DNA of 64,000 nucleotides from Pseudomonadota bacterium. Its GTDB lineage: Bacteria; Desulfobacterota; Desulfobulbia; Desulfobulbales; SURF-16. Below the pieces are notes generated by a model. It was not told the DNA's origin. It ran no database searches and saw nothing but the letters and a program-made list of their open reading frames with translations. The position numbers and the translations under genes are program-made. Of this stretch, positions 19,641 to 30,276 are shown piece by piece (position 1 is the stretch's first letter; each line of letters starts with the position of its first letter). Location of the stretch: NCBI GenBank assembly GCA_018897105.1, contig JAHILF010000053.1, positions 62,056 to 126,055 on the forward strand. Direction: 5' to 3'.

Positions 19641-21200
19641 TCAGGTTAAAAGTTGGTCTTCTGCCACATGATGGCGTTTTTTCAGTTTCTCCCTTTCCCA
19701 GGGATAAAATGTAAAAAGAACGGATACGACAACGGTCAGCAGCAGCCAATCTACGCCGAAGAGGATCAGCGCATCTGCTGAATAACCGCCGTAGGCCTGG
19801 CGCAGTTCACCCAGGAAAGCCTGCAGCATGATAACCAGAAGAACGAGAGGGGTAAAATAGCGAATGCAGATATCCCAGATAACGTGCAGCGACACCCCCC
19901 CGCTCCTGTTTACGTGGCTTCTTGCCACATGGGCCTTCAGTAGCCAGCCCACGATATAACATTCAAAAATGCCGCCCATCAATAGGCCATAATTGGTGAT
20001 GAAATGATCGGTGATATCAAGCAGAAGCATACCGCTTCTGGTGGTGAAAATAATGCTTCCCAGAAAACCGAGCAGGCAGAGGCCGCTGACCACCGCCTTT
20101 CTCGACCAGGAAAACTTGTCTGTAATGGAACAGGTGAAGGCCTCAATGAGAGAAATGCCGGAGGAAAGACCGGCAAAAATAAGCACCAGGAAGAACATGG
20201 CCCCAAAAAGAGACTGGCCGAAAGGCAACTGACGGATCGCCTCAGGGTACACCACAAAAGCCAGCTGGGGGCCGCCCTTGATCACCTCATTGAACGCCAC
20301 CCCCTTGGCCTTTGCCATGAACCCGACGATACCGAAGACAGCAAATCCGGCTATGAAAGAATAGGCGCAATTGATGATGGATGTCCACAGGGCATTACCG
20401 ACGATATCCGTCTTTTTCGGCAGATAACTGGCAAAGGTTATCATGATGCCGAAGCCCAGGGACAAGGTGAAAAAGATCTGGCCAAAGGCGGCAATCCACA
20501 CCGACCAGACATCGGGATCATTAAAATGACTGAAGATATTGATTTTATCCCAATCGGCCTTCAGATAATAGTCTCTGATGGCATCTGTCGCCCCGTCAAG
20601 GGTAATGGTCCAACCGACAAGAATCAGGGTCAGTAGAAAAAGAATCGGCATGAAGACTGTACATGCCTTTTCAATGCCGTGATTCACCTCCCGGTAGCAG
20701 ATGATCCAGCAGATAAACCAGACAAAAAACGTGCCGGAAAGAATGGGAATTCGTATGCCGCCGAGTTCGAAGGGTGAAGCGGAAAGCTGTAGAAAGGTAT
20801 TAAAGAAAAAATCCTGGGGATCAGCCCCCCAGGCGAGATTAAAGGAGAAAAAGAAATAATTGATGCACCAGCTGATGATAACAGCATAATAAAGCATGAT
20901 GCCGAAAAGGGCCACAGTGGGCATCCACCAACCGGCCCATTCCCATTTGGGTGACACACGGGTAAAAGCCAGCGGCGACGAACCTTTCTCTCGATGACCC
21001 AGGGTATACTCCAGAATCATCAGCGGAATACCGGCCAGCAGCAGGGCGCACACATAGGGAACGAGAAATGCGCCACCACCATGTTCAAAGGCCATGTAGC
21101 TGAAACGCCAGATATTACCAAGCCCGACGGCGGAGCCGACAGCGGCCAGAAGAAAGCCGATCTTGCTGCCCCAGATGGCTCGCTGTGGTGTTTCATTCAT
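19641..21200 (-). CDS. Sodium-dependent transporter, NSS/SNF family
   Basis: GSAVGLGNIWRF, GGGAFLVPY, QIFFTLSLGFG, many TM segments. Confidence 0.95.
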   Translation of the reverse strand: MNETPQRAIWGSKIGFLLAAVGSAVGLGNIWRFSYMAFEHGGGAFLVPYVCALLLAGIPLMILEYTLGHREKGSSPLAFTRVSPKWEWAGWWMPTVALFGIMLYYAVIISWCINYFFFSFNLAWGADPQDFFFNTFLQLSASPFELGGIRIPILSGTFFVWFICWIICYREVNHGIEKACTVFMPILFLLTLILVGWTITLDGATDAIRDYYLKADWDKINIFSHFNDPDVWSVWIAAFGQIFFTLSLGFGIMITFASYLPKKTDIVGNALWTSIINCAYSFIAGFAVFGIVGFMAKAKGVAFNEVIKGGPQLAFVVYPEAIRQLPFGQSLFGAMFFLVLIFAGLSSGISLIEAFTCSITDKFSWSRKAVVSGLCLLGFLGSIIFTTRSGMLLLDITDHFITNYGLLMGGIFECYIVGWLLKAHVARSHVNRSGGVSLHVIWDICIRYFTPLVLLVIMLQAFLGELRQAYGGYSADALILFGVDWLLLTVVVSVLFTFYPWEREKLKKRHHVAEDQLLT

Positions 21201-21417
21201 CTTATCAGTCCGATCCTTAATTTATTTTTCATGCAGGAACATGCGTTTGTCCGGTCTTATCCGCCCCGTAGTTTCGAATTTTCCTGCAGCCAGTCTAAAT
21301 GAAAATAAATCTTTGTCAATAAACTAAGGAATCAGGTAAGATGAATTCATAAAAACATCTCAGCATGAGCGCAATTTCATTTCCAAAAACTGTAATCCTT
21401 TATAATAGTTAAAAAAT

Positions 21418-22413
21418 ATGACGCAGCAGCTGTTTCAGGCCATGGTTGTCAGGGAAGAACCTGGCAATGTCTTTCTCAGAGAAATAAAAAAAAGAGACAT
21501 TTCTGAACTTCCGGATCACGATGTGCTCATTGCCGTACATTTTTCTTCCCTGAACTACAAAGATGCCCTGTCCGCATCCGGCAACAAGGGCGTTACCCGC
21601 CGCTACCCGCATACACCCGGCGTGGATGCGGCAGGAATTGTCGTGGAAAGCCGAGACGAAAAGTTCAAAGCCGGAGACGAGGTCATTGTCTGCGGTTATG
21701 ACCTGGGCACAAAAATACCGGGGGGTTTCGGCCAGTTTATCAGGGTCCCGGCGGAATGGATCGTGCCCCTTCCCCACGGTATGAGCCTTTACGAGAGCAT
21801 GATCTACGGCACGGCAGGCTTTACGGCCGCCCAGTCAGTGCTTAAAATAGTTGATCACGGCATCAAACCGGAAGACGGCAAAATCCTGGTCAGCGGCTCC
21901 ACAGGCGGAGTGGGCAGCGTCTCGGTGGCCATTCTGGCCAAACTGGGCTACCAGGTGACAGCGGTGACGGGCAAGAGCGAGGAGCATGGACTGCTGACGC
22001 GACTTGGCGCAGCAAACATCCTCACCCGCCAGCAAGCCTCTGACACAACCGGCAAAATGTTATTGAGAGAGAAATGGGCCGGTGTTATTGATACTGTCGG
22101 TGGCGACATTCTGACAACCGCCATCAGAACCACTCGCTATGGCGGCATCGTAACCTGTTGCGGCAATGTGGCCTCGCCGAACCTCAACATCTCTGTGTAT
22201 CCGTTTATCCTCCGGGGAGTTACCTTGAGCGGTATCGACTCGGCAAGCTGCTCTCTTTCCGTACGTCAGCGGATATGGCATAAGCTCGCCGCAGAGTGGA
22301 AAATAGGCCAACTGCACGATCTTGCACGAGACATCGACTTGTATCATTTAAACAATGAGATAGACAATATACTCAAAGGGAAAATAAAGGGAAGGATTGT
22401 TGTCCGGCTGTAA
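21418..22413 (+). CDS. YhdH/AcuI-family (MDR) oxidoreductase
   Basis: SSLNYKDAL, PGVDAAG, GTAGFTAA, VSGSTGGVGS, PFILRGV...GIDS. Confidence 0.9.
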   Translation: MTQQLFQAMVVREEPGNVFLREIKKRDISELPDHDVLIAVHFSSLNYKDALSASGNKGVTRRYPHTPGVDAAGIVVESRDEKFKAGDEVIVCGYDLGTKIPGGFGQFIRVPAEWIVPLPHGMSLYESMIYGTAGFTAAQSVLKIVDHGIKPEDGKILVSGSTGGVGSVSVAILAKLGYQVTAVTGKSEEHGLLTRLGAANILTRQQASDTTGKMLLREKWAGVIDTVGGDILTTAIRTTRYGGIVTCCGNVASPNLNISVYPFILRGVTLSGIDSASCSLSVRQRIWHKLAAEWKIGQLHDLARDIDLYHLNNEIDNILKGKIKGRIVVRL

Positions 22414-22467
22414 CCTGACCGCTGCGGCAATCCGCTAAGAATATCGCATTTATTACGGCATGAGCGT

Positions 22468-23319
22468 ATGGAAACGGAAAATAAATATATCAAGGATGTC
22501 GACAGACTGGTTCCCAGGCCGGACATCGCCCTGGAGGTCTTGCAGATGGCCTACGACAATCAGGTCAGTATCCCGGCAATGGCCAACAAGATCGAGATGG
22601 ATCCCAACCTGACGGCCAACATGCTGCGGCTGGCGAATTCGGCTTATTTCGGCCATATGCGTGAAATTACATCAATCAAGGATATCATTATCCGACTCGG
22701 GCTGGAAACGGTGAAAATTATCGCCATTACCGGCGCGTCTGCCGGTTTAATGCGATCTCCCCAGCAGGCCTACAATCTTGAACCGGGCACCTTATGGCAT
22801 CACTCCCATGCCACAGCAGTGCTGTCATCGGTCATAGTAAAATATGCAAAAGTTGAGGAGGCCGGTGCCATTTATACCGCCTCTCTGCTCCACGATATCG
22901 GCAAGGTGATTTTGAACAGACCTTTGCAGATTGCCATCTCAAACAATAAAAATCTGGGCAGAAAATTCAACTCTCTCGTTGAACTGGAGCAATTCCTGCT
23001 GCAAACGGATCATGCCAGGGTCGGTATGGCACTGCTGCAGAAGTGGGGACTGCCGGACAATATCACCATCCCGGTTGGCTTCCACCACAGACATAACAGC
23101 CAGGAGGCTGAACAGCTGAACGTCAGAATCGTCAGTCTGGCGAATTTTCTGGTGGAAAGCATTGGTATCCGTTCGGTTCTGCCGGAAAATTTCACCTTTA
23201 ATGTGCAGGATTTCATTGATCAGAACCAGCAGCTGCCGGATGTGCCCAACTTCCAGGACAACATGGAAAGAATTATTGATGAATTTTTCTATCAATTTAA
23301 CGAAACGGCAAAGTTATAA
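22468..23319 (+). CDS. HDOD-domain protein
   Basis: IEMDPNLTANMLRLANSAYF, LWHHS, LLHDIGK, DHARVG...W.LP. Confidence 0.9.
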   Translation: METENKYIKDVDRLVPRPDIALEVLQMAYDNQVSIPAMANKIEMDPNLTANMLRLANSAYFGHMREITSIKDIIIRLGLETVKIIAITGASAGLMRSPQQAYNLEPGTLWHHSHATAVLSSVIVKYAKVEEAGAIYTASLLHDIGKVILNRPLQIAISNNKNLGRKFNSLVELEQFLLQTDHARVGMALLQKWGLPDNITIPVGFHHRHNSQEAEQLNVRIVSLANFLVESIGIRSVLPENFTFNVQDFIDQNQQLPDVPNFQDNMERIIDEFFYQFNETAKL

Positions 23320-23328
23320 AACTTAAGC

Positions 23329-24354
23329 ATGACTGACAAAGGAATTCCTTCCTCTTCATCCTTAACAGACAAAAAACTGTTTAACCGGCTGCTCGATAAG
23401 AAAGGTATTGCAGAAGATTCTGACTGGCGTGCCTTCTTCAACTGTCTCTTCAGTCAACAGTACTATGAACAACTGACCGACCTGCAAAAAAACGACCTGC
23501 GGCAATTGGCCGACGAACTTCTTGAACAAAACGACTTTTCAGCCGACCATCTGAAAAATGCTTTTGCACGTCAAAGCAGAGTGTTAAATGAGCCATGTCT
23601 CAAACAGTTACAAGAGGCAATTGTCGAATCGGAAGATCTTCTGCAGGAATTTCGGCTACTCTCCATTAAAAGAACCGGCGAGGTGGCTCGACTTGAGAAC
23701 TCAGCTATAACGACTATCCAAAACAATGCGGAGCCGAGCATCATGATCAAGCAGCTCCGCATCGCCTTCCGCTCTCTCATTGACATGATGAAAACGGACA
23801 CTGACAATCTGGAAAGATTGTGCAAGACCGATCAGCTTACCGGACTTGGCAACCGCCGTTATTTCGACCAGTTTCTCCAGAGAAAAATTGACTTACTCTC
23901 GGCATTGCGCCCCCTTTCTCTGCTGATGCTCGACATCGATTATTTCAAAAAATTCAACGATAGCTATGGTCACAGAATCGGCGATCAGGCCTTAAGTACC
24001 GTTGCCAAGATCATCGGTGCTCATATGCAGCAGGAGAAGCTGGGAGAATCCGGTTTAGACTACCTTGTCGCCAGATACGGCGGAGAAGAATTTGCTATTG
24101 TGCTGTACGGGGTAAAACTCGAAGAGGCAGTCAGGCAGGCTGAAATCATCAGAGACAAGATCGAAAGCTATTCCTTTGTCATCCGCAATATAAAAGGGAA
24201 AATCATTCATCGCGACATAAACATTAGTGTCTGTATCGGCGTGTCGACATTCAATTCTTCCTGGACCGACGCTACGGCAGAGCGTTTAGTCGAGGCTGCC
24301 GACCGCGCCCTCTACCAGGCAAAAGCGGACGGTCGGAATCTGGTCCGGTTTTAA
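23329..24354 (+). CDS. Diguanylate cyclase with a helical N-terminus
   Basis: DQLTGLGNRR, MLDIDYFKKFND.YGH..GD, ARYGGEEF, ADRALYQAK. Confidence 0.9.
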   Translation: MTDKGIPSSSSLTDKKLFNRLLDKKGIAEDSDWRAFFNCLFSQQYYEQLTDLQKNDLRQLADELLEQNDFSADHLKNAFARQSRVLNEPCLKQLQEAIVESEDLLQEFRLLSIKRTGEVARLENSAITTIQNNAEPSIMIKQLRIAFRSLIDMMKTDTDNLERLCKTDQLTGLGNRRYFDQFLQRKIDLLSALRPLSLLMLDIDYFKKFNDSYGHRIGDQALSTVAKIIGAHMQQEKLGESGLDYLVARYGGEEFAIVLYGVKLEEAVRQAEIIRDKIESYSFVIRNIKGKIIHRDINISVCIGVSTFNSSWTDATAERLVEAADRALYQAKADGRNLVRF

Positions 24355-24373
24355 TCGGCATCAAATCCCCATA

Positions 24374-25381
24374 TTATTGCAAATCACTATCCATGAGCAA
24401 CACAACCTTGTTGCCGCCCTCGCTTTTGGCCACATGCATCGCTTTGTCCGCCAGAGAAAAGAAATCCTCATGGTTTTCCAGATTCATCGCATTATTTGCC
24501 ACAACCCCGACACTTATTGAAATCTGACGGCCTATCTCACCATCATCAAAAACAAACTGGCACATCTGGGAATGGATATTGCGGGCAATGATCTGCCCTT
24601 CAACAGCATCAGCATCAGGCAGAAGCACGCCGAATTCATCTGCGCCGATGCGGCCGCAAATATCGGTATTACGTACATTGCTAACCAGGACTGTGGAGAT
24701 TTCCTTTAACAGAAAATCTCCGAATTTTCTGCCGCAGGAGGAATTGATCTCTTTAAATTTATCTACGGTGAAGAGCATGAAAACAAGACCGCTGCCACGA
24801 CGGGCGGCAAGTCTGAATTCACGGGCAAGCACCTCGATAAAATGACGACGGTTGATGAGGCCGGTCAGATCATCCTTGATGGCAAGCTCATTGAGCTTGT
24901 TTATCATTTTTTTGCTGTCGGTGATGTCCCGGTAGACAACAAGACATTGCCAGACAAAGCCATGATCATCTTTGATGGGATATGCCGAAACGGCAAACCA
25001 TCTATTCTCCAGGAATGGCTCCTGGCGTTCGACATGATAAGGTTTGCCGGAATGAAAGACCTTGCAGGCGGGGCAGTGATTTGCAGGGTTATTGAGTTGA
25101 TGGAAAAACTGAAAACATTTTTTACCCAACAATTCTGCAGGAGCGAAATTGTCGCAGGTTGCCTTATTAGCCCGGACAATTTTAAATTCACGGTCAACGA
25201 TATACATCAGATCGTCAACAACATCAAAGGTTTCCTGCCAGAGACGATTATGATCAAGATGCCGGTCCAGACTGTTTTCGGTCATGCCTGAACCTGCGAC
25301 TTGCTCAAGCTCCTCGACCCTCTTGCGTAATCTGGCCACATCTTCGGCTAGTTCTTCTCGCGATTTATTACAATAATTCAT
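24374..25381 (-). CDS. PAS-GGDEF protein with a degenerate active site
   Basis: PAS with a Cys motif, DDLTGLINRR, FTVDKFK in place of DxD, RNTD I-site, GRIGADEF. Confidence 0.85.
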   Translation of the reverse strand: MNYCNKSREELAEDVARLRKRVEELEQVAGSGMTENSLDRHLDHNRLWQETFDVVDDLMYIVDREFKIVRANKATCDNFAPAELLGKKCFQFFHQLNNPANHCPACKVFHSGKPYHVERQEPFLENRWFAVSAYPIKDDHGFVWQCLVVYRDITDSKKMINKLNELAIKDDLTGLINRRHFIEVLAREFRLAARRGSGLVFMLFTVDKFKEINSSCGRKFGDFLLKEISTVLVSNVRNTDICGRIGADEFGVLLPDADAVEGQIIARNIHSQMCQFVFDDGEIGRQISISVGVVANNAMNLENHEDFFSLADKAMHVAKSEGGNKVVLLMDSDLQ

Positions 25382-25548
25382 GCCAGCTTATGCCCCTTCC
25401 CTCGAATGCGTTGCAACGACTTTTAAGCAATAGCCAGAATTTCTGAATCCCGCCACTTAAAAAAAATTTCTGTCGCGGATCAAAGAAAATGTTACAAAAT
25501 AAAACAACCTGTTGGAAAATTCCAGAAATAATTTATAATCATTACCCA

Positions 25549-26217
25549 ATGCAATTTCAACAACGATGTCAGAGATGCGGCACATGCTGCAAAAATGGTG
25601 GTCCAATTCTTCACAGAGGGGATCTGCCCTTGCTCCGCAAAGGGATCTTTTCGCTGCAGAATCTGGTGACCATCAGAAAAGGGGAGCCGTCCTTTAACCC
25701 TTTTACGGGAAAGGTAGAACCGGCCTCTTATGAAATGATCAAGATTGCCGGCAAGGGAGCAAGCTGGGAGTGTATTTTTTATGATGCAGCTCAGTCCGCA
25801 TGCATTATCCATGCAGACCGGCCACTTGAGTGCAGTCTGCTGCAATGCTGGGACACCAGGGGAATTGAAGCGGTCTATGGCCGGGATTGCCTCAGTCGTT
25901 TCGATCTCCTTGCAGACCAAGACCCCATCAGGGACCATATCAGAAGGCACGAACAGCAATGTTCCTACGCCCAGGCCCTGCCGTTTCTGGGCCACCTCTC
26001 CTCGCCAACGCCGGATAAGGCAAGCATAGGGAAATTGCAAGGCCTCATGCGGCAGGATCTGTCACTGCGCGAACAGGCTGTCTCCGCGTTCAGCCTCAGC
26101 CTGCAGCAGGAGCTTTTTTATTTCGGTAGACCCCTCTTCCAGTCTCTGCAACACCCGCGTCTCCGCGTCACGATGACAGGCGCCTCAATAAGGCTGGAGT
26201 TGGCCGCGGCTGCTTGA
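25549..26217 (+). CDS. YkgJ-family cysteine-cluster protein
   Basis: CQRCGTCC, CIFYD...CIIHADRPLEC. The start is uncertain (25489 or 25549). Confidence 0.85.
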   Translation: MQFQQRCQRCGTCCKNGGPILHRGDLPLLRKGIFSLQNLVTIRKGEPSFNPFTGKVEPASYEMIKIAGKGASWECIFYDAAQSACIIHADRPLECSLLQCWDTRGIEAVYGRDCLSRFDLLADQDPIRDHIRRHEQQCSYAQALPFLGHLSSPTPDKASIGKLQGLMRQDLSLREQAVSAFSLSLQQELFYFGRPLFQSLQHPRLRVTMTGASIRLELAAAA

Positions 26218-26274
26218 ACAGCGGGCAGGTAATGCCCGGATCTCTGTTCATGCCCAACTCTCCATGGACACCCC

Positions 26275-27927
26275 TCATAAACCGGCCTTGGCAAAAGAGG
26301 CGGCGACAATCTCCTTGGCCTCTTTCTGGATCAGTTTCAGGTGAGATTCGCCCTTGAAACTTTCCGTGTAAATCTTGTAAACATCCTCGGTGCCCGAAGG
26401 TCGAGCGGCAAACCAGCCGTTTTCGGTGACGACTTTTAATCCTCCGATTGCCGCCCCGTTGCCTGGTGCATGGGTTAGTTTGGCCAGCACCGACTCGCCG
26501 GCAAGGGTCTTTGCCTCGACATCTTCAGCGGAAAGATTGGAAAGCACCTTTTTCTGCTCAGCCGTGGCCGGCGCCTCGATCCGCTCATAAAGCGGGGAGC
26601 CGAACTGCTGCACCAGCTCCTGGTAATGCAGGCCGGGGTCTTTCCCCGTGACCGCGGTAATCTCAGCCGCCAGCAGGGCCATGATGATGCCATCCTTGTC
26701 AGTGGTCCAGACGCTGCCGTCCTTACGCAGAAATGTGGCGCCAGCGCTTTCCTCACCGCCAAACCCGTATTCGCCCTTAAACAGTCCCTGGACAAACCAT
26801 TTAAAACCCACCGGCACTTCCGACAATTTCCTCTTTATCCCTAAGGCAACCCGATCAATCATCGAGCTTGAAACAAGAGTTTTGCCCACGCTGAGCCCCG
26901 CACCCCATCCGGGACGATGGGTAAAGAGGTAATTGATGGACACGGCCAGATAGTGATTGGGATTGAGCAGGCCTGTCTCACGGGTGACAATGCCATGCCG
27001 ATCGTAATCAGGGTCGTTGCTCACGGCAATGTCGAAACGATCCTTGAGGGCGATAAGCGAGGCCATGGCGTAGGGTGAGGAGCAATCCATACGAATCTTG
27101 CCGTCCTTATCAAGGGTCATGAAGGAAAAGGTCGGATCAACCCGGTTATTCACCACCTCAATATTCAGACCGTATCTCTCGGCAATAACCGGCCAGAAGG
27201 CGATGCCGGAGCCGCCCAGGGGATCAACGCCGATTTTGATGCCGGCCTTGCGGATGGCTTCCATGTCAATGACCTGCTGCAGGTCATCCACATAGGGACG
27301 CACAAAGTCATGGGCCACGGCCTGGGCCGAGGCAAAGGCCTCGGTGAACGGCAGAAAGCGAACCCCTTGCAAGCCCCTGGCGAGCAGCTCATTGGCGCTT
27401 TGCTCGATCACCTTGGTGGCATCACTGTCAGCCGGTCCGCCATGGGGAGGATTGTACTTGAAACCACCATCTTCAGGAGGATTGTGCGAGGGGGTGATCA
27501 CCACCCCGTCGGCTTTATTGTCGGGATATTTTTTGTTCCAACAGAGTATGGCATGGGACACCACCGGCGTGGGCGTGTATCCCCTGCCCTGCTGATAGCG
27601 AACCTCCAGCCCGTTAGCGATAAAGACCTGCAGGGCGGTGGCAAAGGCAGGTTCGGACAGGCCATGGGTGTCCATGCCGACAAAAATGGGACCGGTGATG
27701 CCCTGGGAGAGGCGGTACTCAACTATCGCCTGGGAGATCGCCTTGATATGAGGCTCGTTGAAGCTGCTCTTGAAGGAGCTGCCCCGGTGTCCCGAAGTGC
27801 CGAAACTGACCTTCTGCTCATCCAGACTGACGTCCGGCGCATACTGATAATAGGCGGCAATCAGCCGGGGGATATTGCATAAATCTTCTAGTGCAGCGGG
27901 TTTTCCTGCCCGTGGGTGCAGAGCCAT
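26275..27927 (-). CDS. pgm: Phosphoglucomutase
   Basis: [37 protein letters not shown]. Confidence 0.97.
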   Translation of the reverse strand: MALHPRAGKPAALEDLCNIPRLIAAYYQYAPDVSLDEQKVSFGTSGHRGSSFKSSFNEPHIKAISQAIVEYRLSQGITGPIFVGMDTHGLSEPAFATALQVFIANGLEVRYQQGRGYTPTPVVSHAILCWNKKYPDNKADGVVITPSHNPPEDGGFKYNPPHGGPADSDATKVIEQSANELLARGLQGVRFLPFTEAFASAQAVAHDFVRPYVDDLQQVIDMEAIRKAGIKIGVDPLGGSGIAFWPVIAERYGLNIEVVNNRVDPTFSFMTLDKDGKIRMDCSSPYAMASLIALKDRFDIAVSNDPDYDRHGIVTRETGLLNPNHYLAVSINYLFTHRPGWGAGLSVGKTLVSSSMIDRVALGIKRKLSEVPVGFKWFVQGLFKGEYGFGGEESAGATFLRKDGSVWTTDKDGIIMALLAAEITAVTGKDPGLHYQELVQQFGSPLYERIEAPATAEQKKVLSNLSAEDVEAKTLAGESVLAKLTHAPGNGAAIGGLKVVTENGWFAARPSGTEDVYKIYTESFKGESHLKLIQKEAKEIVAASFAKAGL

Positions 27928-28298
27928 TGGTTCCCTCCTGTGACAGTTTCACATCATATTGGTGTAAGACAGTATAAAAAAAGTGGCTGACTGCATGACA
28001 GGCAGACATCCGGACGCTTCAGTGATCAATAAACAATATAACCGGCCGGAATTCAAGCATTACATCCGTCAGACAGGAAAAAGCTGTTTGATTAATGGAG
28101 CATGGGCAACCGGCTTTTATTAAGGAAAGCAAGAGGGAGAATTTCCGGGGTGCAGAGATCGGTATCCATGATCCGGCAGATGAGATGGGAGTGCTATATG
28201 CCCCCAATAGGGAAGGAAATGCTGATTGGGCTTCAGGTTTGCGTCTTAACTGCAACACAAACCTGAAACCGTTGTATGATGTCCGGGACAGTAATCGA

Positions 28299-30116
28299 CT
28301 ATCTCAGACCGGGGATCTGGTAGGTATGGGTAAATTTGATGACCTGCAGATCATCATCCGACATAGAGGTGAAACCACCAATATCGGAGGTCAGAGCAGG
28401 GTCGACATTTACATCATCAAATACCCTTCCATTTATGTAATCCTCCGTATGTAGCCAGTTACCGGGCGATATTTCCTCCAGAAACTCAAACATGCCATCG
28501 TATACAGGTTCAATGGCAGGTTGGCCCACCTTTGCCCGACCACGATGCTGACCAAATGTCTCAAGACGATCGTAGACAGGTATTGTGTTGTAATTAAAAT
28601 AAACGGGGTTCTTGGCGTAATTGACGAGAAGCTTGCCGTCATCATCATAGACCTTGCCGACAACCTTGTTGATGCCGAGAATCGAGTTAATATAAACGAT
28701 CTTATCAACGGTGATATTGCCTTTCTTGTCCGCCGCGGCTGAAAAAAAGGAAGCAGCAAGCGGGAAGTCATCACCTGAGCAAACATTACTGTCGGAAGCT
28801 GTCACTATCCCCTCATATTCGACACAGTATTGGTCATCCACCAATTCGCCTTCAGTACAGGTGATATCCATGTTGCCATCACCATCCAGGTAAAGGCTGC
28901 CATCCGCCTTCATTCTTATGGAATAAGTAACAATAGTGCCGGTATCAGTAATAGTACCATCATCATTATAAATTATTCCGGCATCGACCAGATGTCCGAG
29001 TCCAAATAACTTCATCTTCACAATGTCAATGGTAGGCCGCGGGGCATCCGAAGGGCCATCCTCCAATGCAACCAGCTGATCAATGGGGATGCCTCCATTG
29101 AGGGAAAAATCAATGGGAACTCTTTCCTCAGCCGGGGTAATCAAATGCCCGTCCTCCATGAGCTTGACATAAAGGGCAAGATTTTCCTTGGGTGAGTCGA
29201 TGGCCTTTACCACTGTCTCCAGCCACAGAGCATCACCGGCCCCATCGGTGAGGAACTCATCATAGATTTCCGTGGTCACCATCAGACGTCCCGAGGCATC
29301 TATCTTGATGTCATCAGCCGCATTCAGCGAACGAATTGCCTCGTCAAACGAGGCGTCCAATACGGCCTTGGGCGCCCTGGCCAGATTCAGCCGGCCAAAC
29401 TCAACCTCCTGGACCAGATCAGCCCAGTAGATATCCTTATAATAGGTAATTTCATTCCAGGTTTCTCCGTCAGGTTCGCCATCAAGGAACAGTTCGGGCT
29501 TCACCTCACATTCGGTTCTCTTCCAGGTAACATCATAGGTCATCACCAGGGGGATACGGTTGTCGCTGAGCTTTGATTTTGCATAGATATTACCCCAGCG
29601 CACAGCATCGGCCACCGGCTGCACACATTGACTGGGGTACGGGGAGACGATATATTGTTTATGCGAGTTAGAATTTTCGACAACAATCATGTCTGCCTCA
29701 ATAGTTACATCCTCATCAACAAGGACGCAGGCATAATCCTCAGTCAATATTGGTTCGCCTCCCACTGGGAAGATATATTCGCCAGGTGCCGTTTCATTCG
29801 TCAATAGCTGCACAGTTACCTCATGGTCTTCCCCCTCAGGATCAGTCCAGGTAATCGGTCCATAAACGGGTTCGCCATTTGCGCCAAATTTAGGCACTTT
29901 CTTAATTTCATCCCAGCCTTCATAGCGGGCAATCCTGTACAGATCCCCGAAGAGCTCGCCGGAATCAGACATCTTATCAAGCAGCGGGCCGTCTGTATTG
30001 ACCGGTTCCACCACGACAGGCGGCTTGGCAAACAATGGCACAGGGACCGCCAGCAAGGCGAGCACAACGGGGAAACAGGCAAAACTCATCAAACTGTTTC
30101 TCATCATTTTCTTCAT
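28299..30116 (-). CDS. Uncharacterised acidic secreted protein (605 aa)
   Basis: Sec-type signal peptide ending ...AVPVPLFA, Asp/Glu-rich sequence, no family recognised. Confidence 0.85.
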   Translation of the reverse strand: MKKMMRNSLMSFACFPVVLALLAVPVPLFAKPPVVVEPVNTDGPLLDKMSDSGELFGDLYRIARYEGWDEIKKVPKFGANGEPVYGPITWTDPEGEDHEVTVQLLTNETAPGEYIFPVGGEPILTEDYACVLVDEDVTIEADMIVVENSNSHKQYIVSPYPSQCVQPVADAVRWGNIYAKSKLSDNRIPLVMTYDVTWKRTECEVKPELFLDGEPDGETWNEITYYKDIYWADLVQEVEFGRLNLARAPKAVLDASFDEAIRSLNAADDIKIDASGRLMVTTEIYDEFLTDGAGDALWLETVVKAIDSPKENLALYVKLMEDGHLITPAEERVPIDFSLNGGIPIDQLVALEDGPSDAPRPTIDIVKMKLFGLGHLVDAGIIYNDDGTITDTGTIVTYSIRMKADGSLYLDGDGNMDITCTEGELVDDQYCVEYEGIVTASDSNVCSGDDFPLAASFFSAAADKKGNITVDKIVYINSILGINKVVGKVYDDDGKLLVNYAKNPVYFNYNTIPVYDRLETFGQHRGRAKVGQPAIEPVYDGMFEFLEEISPGNWLHTEDYINGRVFDDVNVDPALTSDIGGFTSMSDDDLQVIKFTHTYQIPGLR

Positions 30117-30276
30117 AATACGATTCCTCGCTTATTCATTTTCTAGTCATACTTTTTAAGAGAACTTTATCAATTATTTGCGCTTAATTGTTGAAAGTGA
30201 AAACAGAATGCCTGATGAAATCACAATATCCTGCTGCCATGTCCAAGACCGGTTTTATTACTGTTCCATTCTGTCC

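Noticed and set aside
28232-28267. TTCAGGTTTG/CAAACCTGAA hairpin after the 605-aa gene
   Set aside because: It has a 16-nt loop and no T-tract on either strand, so it is not called as a terminator.
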